Origin: Zygophlyctis sp. KS116 | Lineage: Eukaryota > Fungi > Chytridiomycota | NCBI GenBank assembly: GCA_054661495.1 | Contig: BAAFSQ010000477.1 | Location: forward strand, 1-5,558 | Length of the DNA: 5,558 nt | Direction of reading: 5' to 3' | Made by a program: the position numbers and the translations under genes | The notes under the pieces: generated by a model | Databases searched by the model: none | What the model saw: the letters and a program-made list of their open reading frames with translations, nothing else | Told to the model about the DNA's origin: nothing | Shown here: positions 1 through 5,558 of the stretch, one piece after another | How the letters are laid out: each line of letters starts with the position of its first letter | How positions within the stretch are numbered: position 1 is the stretch's first letter

Positions 1-128
1 TCAATCTGTCATCAGATTGAGATCTAGAGTTCACTATCAATCATTCACACTAATATTCCAACTACAGTTGTAACAAATTTTGGCTTTAAGCAGGTAAACA
101 TATACTGAGGCGAATACTGATCGTCAGC

Positions 129-155
129 TTTATTTTGCTTTCGTATTTTTTTATT
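129..155 (-). terminator. Candidate polyadenylation signals for EMC3 (two AATAAA)
   Basis: tttatt on + at 150-155 and 129-134, roughly 45 and 65 nt after the EMC3 stop. AT-rich background weakens this. Confidence 0.45.
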
Positions 156-198
156 TACGATACATTAGGACTCTCAGTAGTAAGAATGACACTCAATA

Positions 199-1027
199 TT
201 ATGCATTTTTCTTTTCTGTTTCCATGTCTTCTGGCAATCGATGGTACTTTTGAAGAAGCTGAATATCTGCATTTTCCAATTTCCATGAATGTACGGTCAA
301 ATCCAATAACTCTTTTTCATTCTTAAAATAATTTTCAATTTCCTTTGGTTGCTGTAACGGATTTTGTGGCATCATAGCCATCTGCTGCATATCTTGCACT
401 CCCCCAGCTGCTATTGATCAATGTTAAACTAAACTTACAGTTGGAGTCTCCTAAAATCAAAGTATATATACTTCTTAGCCCAAACAAATTCAGAAAATAC
501 CATGATAAGCTTGATACCCACGATACATCCATATCAGGAGTTAATATCCCTCTTTGTAACATTGATTTAAATCGAATAGTCAAAGGGAACGGGAGCTTGA
601 TTAGAATAAATCCAGAAAAAAATGTAGTTATCCAGGACATTATTATGGTTTGAGGGATCAACATCATCATATTGTTCTTGAGCATTCCTGTCATGGCTTC
701 CATCCCAGCGGCATCCATTGGATTAACTTCTTCGCCCTTAAGAAATTGTCCTTGATCGAATGCCTGCGTCAAGAAACTTCTACGGCTCTCAAACCCAGAT
801 AAAGGGATAAAATGACCCCCTAATGTCCTCAATATTCGTGACTTTGCCAAAGCGGCACTAACGTTTATTATTGTATGGGATAGTTACCTTTCTCGGATTC
901 CTTTGATTGTCATTTTTGGACTGCTGGCGGCCAATATTGTTGCATAATGTCTCAAGATCCCAACCAAAATCATAACTGTCATGATTGGGAAAAGAACCCA
1001 ATCTCTGATTGCCGGATCAAGATTCAT
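199..1027 (-). CDS. EMC3: ER membrane protein complex subunit 3 (EMC3/TMCO1/DUF106 family), 256 aa; exons complement(888..1027, 439..857, 199..410)
   Basis: Exon 1 (absent from the ORF track) reads MNLDPAIRDWVLFPIMTVMILVGILRHY, the typical EMC3 N-terminus. Exon 2 carries PQTIIMSWITTFFSGFILIKLPFPLTIRFKSMLQRG and WVSSLSWYFLNLFGLRSIYTLILG. Removing two GT-AG introns joins the exons in frame: 140+419+212=771 nt, 256 aa plus TAA. Confidence 0.96.
411..438 (-). other. EMC3 intron 2 (28 nt, phase 1), with a tandem TAGCAG acceptor
   Basis: gtaagtttagtttaacattgatcaatag; consensus GTAAGT donor; splicing shifts into the 199..399 ORF frame (ILGDSN-S-AGGVQDMQQM). Confidence 0.92.
858..887 (-). other. EMC3 intron 1 (30 nt, phase 2)
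   Basis: gtaactatcccatacaataataaacgttag; read-through hits an in-frame TAA, splicing gives ...GIRE-S-AALAKSRILR. Confidence 0.92.
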
Positions 1028-1156
1028 TATCGCCAAGTTATAACCTAAACTGACGTCTTCGTGTTGAGGAGAATGGAGTCAATATCAAAGAAAAATACTA
1101 AATTTCACCATTTTAATCAACAAGCATCAACAATAGTAGCAATATCATTATTGTCT

Positions 1157-3156
1157 TCAAGTTCCACGTTGATTTTTCTTGGGGAAAACAGTTTCATAAA
1201 ACGATCTAGCTTCTTGTGCGTTTTTCATATTCAGTATATACTCTGAATGGCGACATGCAGTTGAATCAGGAGCCCCCTTACGACGATGTAAAATTTTGAC
1301 AACTATTTCAGAACCAAATTGAGAAACACGCACATTATCATACATAGCAACATTCATCAAACGGGAACCTCTACCAGACTCCGTAACAATAATACGAAAT
1401 GGAAAGGATCGATCTGACGAATTGTTCACCATCAGTACTAGTATACCCTTTTCAACAAGCAATCGTGGTCTCGATTGGCTTGGAAATAGAACATAACATT
1501 TCACAAAAGACTAGAGTTATTCAGAAAACTACACGAACCTTGAATAAAATTTCATCATCAGGATGATGTCGCTCTTTGACTAATACCACTAATTCATCGT
1601 TATGATCATAATTCTCCGCTTTCAAACTTTTAGGCGATGAAAAATCTAGAGGATGAAATCCACCAGAGGATGCAGATTGGGAGCTAGTACCATCTGGTGA
1701 ACATTCAACAGATTTAAATCCACCCCTCCCATCAGATATCCACTTTGCACAGGAAGGAGTAGATTGATCTTTTCGTCTTAAATCACTATTAGGTGTTTTA
1801 GGAGTTGATCTGTCTTCAAATTTCGCAGGTGCATTATTACGTTCTTCAGGGTTTTTTTGACTGACATTAGCCTTTTTCTCAACTCTTCCAGAGTCTCTAA
1901 CTTCTTCATAATTTCTTTTCCTATCATTCGATGAGTTTGTAGAAGGTGTCAATACTTCTAAAGAATGCTGCTTTATTTCAGGGCTTTTGTTAGATTTTTC
2001 AATTTTAGGATCAATCTTTTTAGTTTCGCGTGGTTTCATTTTTTGTTCAGTTGCCACGTTCTCTGCCTGATTTAGATCCTGCTGGGCTAATGTTTGCCAA
2101 CTTTGGACTGGACCATCAGATCCATGACCTTGTCGGTATTGATCAAATGCCATTGAATCATGCCCATAAAAATTTGATGGAATACTAGCTGCAGCTACAT
2201 CTTGATAACTTTGACCTTGCATCATGGGCCCCATCGGCCATTGCGACTAAATTTAAATAAAAAACAAGATACCATTGACAAGAGTCTTGACATTTCCATA
2301 TTAGCCACCATCATTGAAGCCATTGAATAACAAAATGGCATCATCATTGAAGAAGGAATCATACCGACTCCATTCATCATGTCCATTGGCATTCCCATAT
2401 TTATCTCACCATCCTTTCCTTTGATATTTTCAAAGAAACCAATTGGTATAGTACAAGTGCTAGCATCAATCGTTTCCATACTCTAAATATTAGCATAATA
2501 GCAGCAGAATATAAACTTACACGTTTCTTTTCATTCAATTTACTGTTAAGTAGTTGATTTTCTTCCTCCAACTTTGACAATCGTGTTTCTTTTGCCCTAA
2601 CCTCCACTGCAGCATCTTGACTTCTCTGCCTGATCTCCGACTCAATTTCTTTCCATTTATTACACTCTGAATCATAATCATTTTTTTGAATTTTCAATTT
2701 TTCCTCCAAATCTGCAACTTGAGCCTTGAATGCCACCATTTTCTGATCATAAAATCTAGTTAAATGTTCATCCCGACTATTAACCATTCTCTTCCCATCC
2801 TCAATCATTTTTTCTTGTTCGTTGAGTTTTTTCTTTAGATTTTCAATTTCAGATTTCAAATCGTTAATGAATGCATCCTTATCCTTGAGTTCATTATTAC
2901 ATCCTTCAATAATAATTTTAGACTCTAAATTAGAATTCTTTGCTATTTTGAGCTGAGATTTTAGGGATTCTATTTCAGAGACGAAAGCGGAATCTGATTT
3001 CATCATTTTATAATCACCAGAATTCAGAAAAAAGACAGGTTCAGGAATGTTCTCAGTGTTTGGATTAGAATACAAATCATCTCCTGATAATCTAAGAGGA
3101 GGATCTTCTCTTACTGTCAAAACCAAGTCTTCAGCACAATTGTTTAGATCTCTCAT
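1157..3156 (-). CDS. Uncharacterised ~635-aa protein: coiled coil + Met-rich segment + disordered linker + C-terminal RanBD/PH-like domain; exons complement(2521..3156, 2273..2482, 1539..2246, 1157..1510). Start uncertain
   Basis: Four consecutive ORFs of the track join in frame after removal of three phase-0 GT-AG introns (636+210+708+354=1908 nt). E/K/L heptad-rich stretch at ~2521-2990. C-terminus (DDEILFKSFVKCYVL...KGILVLMVN...FRIIVTESGRGSRLMNV...YILNMKNAQEARSFYETV) follows the RanBP1-domain pattern by eye. Confidence 0.85.
1511..1538 (-). other. Intron 3 of the coiled-coil/RanBD-like gene (28 nt, phase 0)
   Basis: gttcgtgtagttttctgaataactctag; removes the TGA at 1521-1523 and joins ...DDEILFK to SFVKCYVLF..., restoring a continuous RanBD-like N-terminus. 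Confidence 0.85.
2247..2272 (-). other. Intron 2 of the coiled-coil/RanBD-like gene (26 nt, phase 0)
   Basis: gtatcttgttttttatttaaatttag; T-rich; joins ...SRLLSM to SQWPMGPMM... in frame. Confidence 0.82.
2483..2520 (-). other. Intron 1 of the coiled-coil/RanBD-like gene (38 nt, phase 0)
   Basis: gtaagtttatattctgctgctattatgctaatatttag: GTAAGT donor, GCTAAT branch site, TAG acceptor; joins ...NEKKR to SMETID... Confidence 0.9.
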
Positions 3157-3174
3157 AAAATCTTTTTCTAAAAC

Positions 3175-4080
3175 CTAAAATAGTCTTTCAACAATCAAAT
3201 CAATCAAACAAAATACTCCCAAGATATAAAACCAGAGAGGGGCTCCAATTGCCAATGCAATTACACCTGCAATTGCAAGAATGAAGACTGTTATTTTTCC
3301 AAATGAGCGTCCGAGCGATCGTTTTGACAAATCTACTTGATTTAATTTTTTAGAAGCAGACACGGCAGAGAGACCATTATTTCCTACTAGAATATAATTG
3401 TGCACTCCACAAGTTTCAGCAGATTTTGTATTTTTGTGAACAAGTTTCTTAAATTGGTCAATCTTGTCCATCACCTTCTTCTCAATTCCTTTCCAAATAA
3501 TTCGGACGGAATTTACCCAACCAGGCAATAGATCATTTTGAAATTCTGCAAGATCCTTCATAAAAGTATCTTCAAAGTTAGATTTGAGAGACTCAATCAA
3601 TTCATTACGTTCATCATCAGTCAGAGGCCCTTGAGTAGATCTACTGGCTTTAAAGGATTCCACGGTCCGAACTAGATCATCTCCGATATCCGAAATGACT
3701 TTTCTTTTAAATTCTTCAATTTTAGCTAAAAGCAATTCGCCAATATTTGTAGAATCATTTAATATTGAATTATCAAGCATTAATACTTCTCGAAGTTCCT
3801 TGATTGCTTTGGCAATGGCTAATTCAGATTCAGAATCCACTTCTTTCATGATTTCTTCATAAACCGGATCTCTATACAAAGATTCAGACTCTAACTTATT
3901 CGAGCTCATCATATGGCCCACTCCAATGTTTTGATCAAGCGAGGATTCTACCTTTTTTGATTCAAAGCTTCCATCGCCGCCAAATCCATCCATGTAATTT
4001 AGTTCTTGAATTGTGCGAGTTAATCTGGCATAATAACAACTAAATAGAGAGAGAAATACAAACATCGTAGTGCTTTTCAT
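3175..4080 (-). CDS. Unknown-family protein, copy A (301 aa): signal peptide, helical domain, C-terminal hydrophobic hairpin
   Basis: ATG at 4080 (not the TTG at 4125 in the track) begins MKSTTMFVFLSLFSCYYA, a signal-peptide-like sequence. Shares RSTQGPLTDDE, WVxSVRxxWKGIEKKVMxKIDxFKKxVHK and ETCxxxxxILVGxN with the 4208..5104 product. No intron needed. Confidence 0.9.
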   Translation of the reverse strand: MKSTTMFVFLSLFSCYYARLTRTIQELNYMDGFGGDGSFESKKVESSLDQNIGVGHMMSSNKLESESLYRDPVYEEIMKEVDSESELAIAKAIKELREVLMLDNSILNDSTNIGELLLAKIEEFKRKVISDIGDDLVRTVESFKASRSTQGPLTDDERNELIESLKSNFEDTFMKDLAEFQNDLLPGWVNSVRIIWKGIEKKVMDKIDQFKKLVHKNTKSAETCGVHNYILVGNNGLSAVSASKKLNQVDLSKRSLGRSFGKITVFILAIAGVIALAIGAPLWFYILGVFCLIDLIVERLF

Positions 4081-4180
4081 TTCAAGATCAGTTTCAATAT
4101 ACGCTGCTTCACACTTAAGCGTCAAAGCCTCATCTTATGTCTCAAACGGAAAACGCAATTATGCGATTGAACTACAAGAC

Positions 4181-4186
4181 TTTATT
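4181..4186 (-). terminator. Candidate AATAAA polyadenylation signal for copy B
   Basis: tttatt on + strand, 21 nt after the stop at 4208. Copy C has an AATAAA overlapping its stop (5274-5279). Confidence 0.4.
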
Positions 4187-4207
4187 TCTAATTTTGAGTA
4201 GTTTACT

Positions 4208-5104
4208 TTACTGTGGTAAATTTGCAGCAGTGTCTACTTCTCCATTACGATGTCCGAAGAATATTAGGTTTATTACATCAATCATAGAGATTATTCCCAA
4301 TAAAATGAAGTAGTACGGCACACCCGCAGCAAGAACAATAACAGCAACAATGGACAATATTAAGATAGCAATCGTCCCAAAAACATCTGAGGCTGTAGTG
4401 TGCAGTCTTTGCATTGTACTATTTTCCATTCTTTGGGCAGCAGCAGAGATTGCATTAGTTCCCACTAAAATAGAGCTGGGTAAGGCACATGTTTCAGAAG
4501 TTCTTGGAGTAGTCTTGTGAACAAATTTCTTAAACCGGTCAATCTTGATCATGACCTTCTTTTCTATCCCTTTCCAAACATTTCGGACTGAGCTCACCCA
4601 GCGCGGTAAAGACTTTTGCTGGAATTGCTCGAGATCAGTCGTCAATGTCGCTTCCCATGTATTCTTTAATAGTTCAGAGAATGCATATTTTTCATCATCA
4701 GTCAACGGACCTTGAGTAGAGCGTCCACTTTTAAAATCCTTGAAAACCTTGATCAGATCCTTTTCAAAGTCTTTAACCAATGTTTCTCTCAATTCTGCAA
4801 TCTTAGAGCGGAGCCCCTCCGACACTTTAGAAGATTCCTTCAACATCAAGACAGAATTTAAATGAGCCATTGTCTGATCTGTAGCAGTTTCCAGCTTTCC
4901 TTTCACCTCACTCATTACCACAGAGAAATCAGATACATCATCATCATCAGCCATCATTTGGATTCGATCCATTGGTAGATCTTTCGAAGTCTCGGACATT
5001 TCAGACCATGAATTAACAGAAGAATCTTGATCAAAACGATAGCGTCTGGAAAGAGAAGAGCCGTAAAAAGTAGAGAGCAGAGCAAAGATTGCGATAACTT
5101 TCAT
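4208..5104 (-). CDS. Unknown-family protein, copy B (298 aa): signal peptide, helical domain, C-terminal hydrophobic hairpin, short polar tail
   Basis: Uninterrupted ORF; MKVIAIFALLSTFYGSSLS signal-like N-terminus; ~40-residue hydrophobic stretch IAILILSIVAVIVLAAGVPYYFILLGIISMIDVINLIFF; clear paralogy to both neighbours. Confidence 0.93.
   Translation of the reverse strand: MKVIAIFALLSTFYGSSLSRRYRFDQDSSVNSWSEMSETSKDLPMDRIQMMADDDDVSDFSVVMSEVKGKLETATDQTMAHLNSVLMLKESSKVSEGLRSKIAELRETLVKDFEKDLIKVFKDFKSGRSTQGPLTDDEKYAFSELLKNTWEATLTTDLEQFQQKSLPRWVSSVRNVWKGIEKKVMIKIDRFKKFVHKTTPRTSETCALPSSILVGTNAISAAAQRMENSTMQRLHTTASDVFGTIAILILSIVAVIVLAAGVPYYFILLGIISMIDVINLIFFGHRNGEVDTAANLPQ
4406..4494. repeat. 89-nt direct repeat, copy 1 (within gene copy B)
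   Basis: Matches 5470..5558 at 88/89 positions (offset 1064; single mismatch t4417/g5481). Confidence 0.95.
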
Positions 5105-5274
5105 TTTGCACGTTCACGCTTCTGGTCAGCTCCTCTCATCAAAAAAAGCAGATGAATTTTGCTAATGTCGCATCGAATTTGATCAGCTTGAGTTGATATG
5201 AATGTCAGATTCAAGCATATACATTCAGTCAATCGAAAAATCGTGGAATAGTAAAAGAAACAATTTCTAGAGAT

Positions 5275-5558
5275 TTATTGGAAATTTTGAGTGTCCCCAA
5301 TTTCGTTATCATGCTGTCCAAAGATTATTTTTTCGACCAGCTCCATCAGTGTGAATATTCCCAACAAAAAGAAGAAATATGGCAACCCAGCAGCAAGAAC
5401 AATCACGCCAATGACTGTAAGAATAAAGATTGCAATCTTTCCAACAATTTCAGCTGATGATCCATCCATTCTTTGCATTGGACTATTTTCCATTCTTTGG
5501 GCAGCAGCAGAGATTGCATTAGTTCCCACTAAAATAGAGCTGGGTAAGGCACATGTTT
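5275..5558 (-). CDS. Unknown-family protein, copy C, 3' part only (5' end beyond the window)
   Basis: Frame is open to the window edge (TCALPSSILVGTNAISAAAQRMENSPMQR...), nearly identical to copy B there, followed by a homologous hydrophobic hairpin and TAA. Confidence 0.9.
   Translation of the reverse strand, partial: TCALPSSILVGTNAISAAAQRMENSPMQRMDGSSAEIVGKIAIFILTVIGVIVLAAGLPYFFFLLGIFTLMELVEKIIFGQHDNEIGDTQNFQ
5470..5558. repeat. 89-nt direct repeat, copy 2 (within gene copy C; runs off the window)
   Basis: Matches 4406..4494 at 88/89 positions. Confidence 0.95.

Noticed and set aside
1-20. Inverted repeat tcaatctg-tcat-cagattga
   Set aside because: Only 8 bp, at the window edge, no associated element; plausible by chance.
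29-127. Possible plus-strand introns (94..127 gtaaac...ctgat...cag; 29..67) of a convergent gene
   Set aside because: 94..127 looks intron-like, but I could not build a stop-free exon chain from the window start; needs upstream sequence.
135-653. Plus-strand ORFs 135..326 and 414..653
   Set aside because: Antisense shadows of EMC3, short, non-ATG starts, no recognisable protein features.
1051-1058. CRE/ATF-like TGACGTCT just upstream of the EMC3 start
   Set aside because: Single 7/8 match with no comparative support.
1061-1246. Plus-strand 61-aa ORF
   Set aside because: Overlaps the 3' end of the RanBD-like gene antisense and the short intergenic region; no supporting features.
1157-3156. 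Four separate small genes or a frameshifted pseudogene
   Set aside because: Each break coincides with a GT-AG segment whose removal restores the frame exactly.
4081-4125. TTG-initiated 15-aa N-terminal extension of copy A
   Set aside because: Eukaryotic context; ATG at 4080 puts the signal peptide at the N-terminus, matching copy B.
199-5558. Prokaryotic operon, phage, CRISPR or mobile-element interpretation of the co-oriented ORFs
   Set aside because: Spliceosomal introns and EMC3 show a eukaryotic locus; no repeat-spacer array, transposase or terminal repeats seen.

Overview
Gene-dense, AT-rich eukaryotic window with five protein-coding genes, all on the minus strand in a head-to-tail array. 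Tiny GT-AG introns (26-38 nt) join the fragmented ORFs into two genes: (1) EMC3, ER membrane protein complex subunit 3, fungal-type, 256 aa, 2 introns; (2) an unrecognised ~635-aa protein with 3 introns, built from a coiled coil, a very Met-rich segment, a disordered linker with an NLS-like motif and a C-terminal, divergent Ran-binding (RanBD/PH-fold)-like domain. Upstream lies a tandem array of at least three paralogues (two complete and intronless, one cut by the window edge) of an unrecognised family: signal peptide, RxxR, amphipathic helical domain with conserved RSTQGPLTDDE and WKGIEKKVM motifs, and a variable C-terminal hydrophobic hairpin. Most notable: the family itself (candidate secreted, membrane-inserting effector/pro-toxin or surface protein), a sharp near-identical-to-divergent boundary between two copies, and an in-frame junction (a single TAG, 18 nt gap) between the last family member and the RanBD-like gene. 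Compactness, tiny introns and the fungal-type EMC3 suggest an early-diverging fungus-like organism (e.g. Rozella-like); this is inference only.
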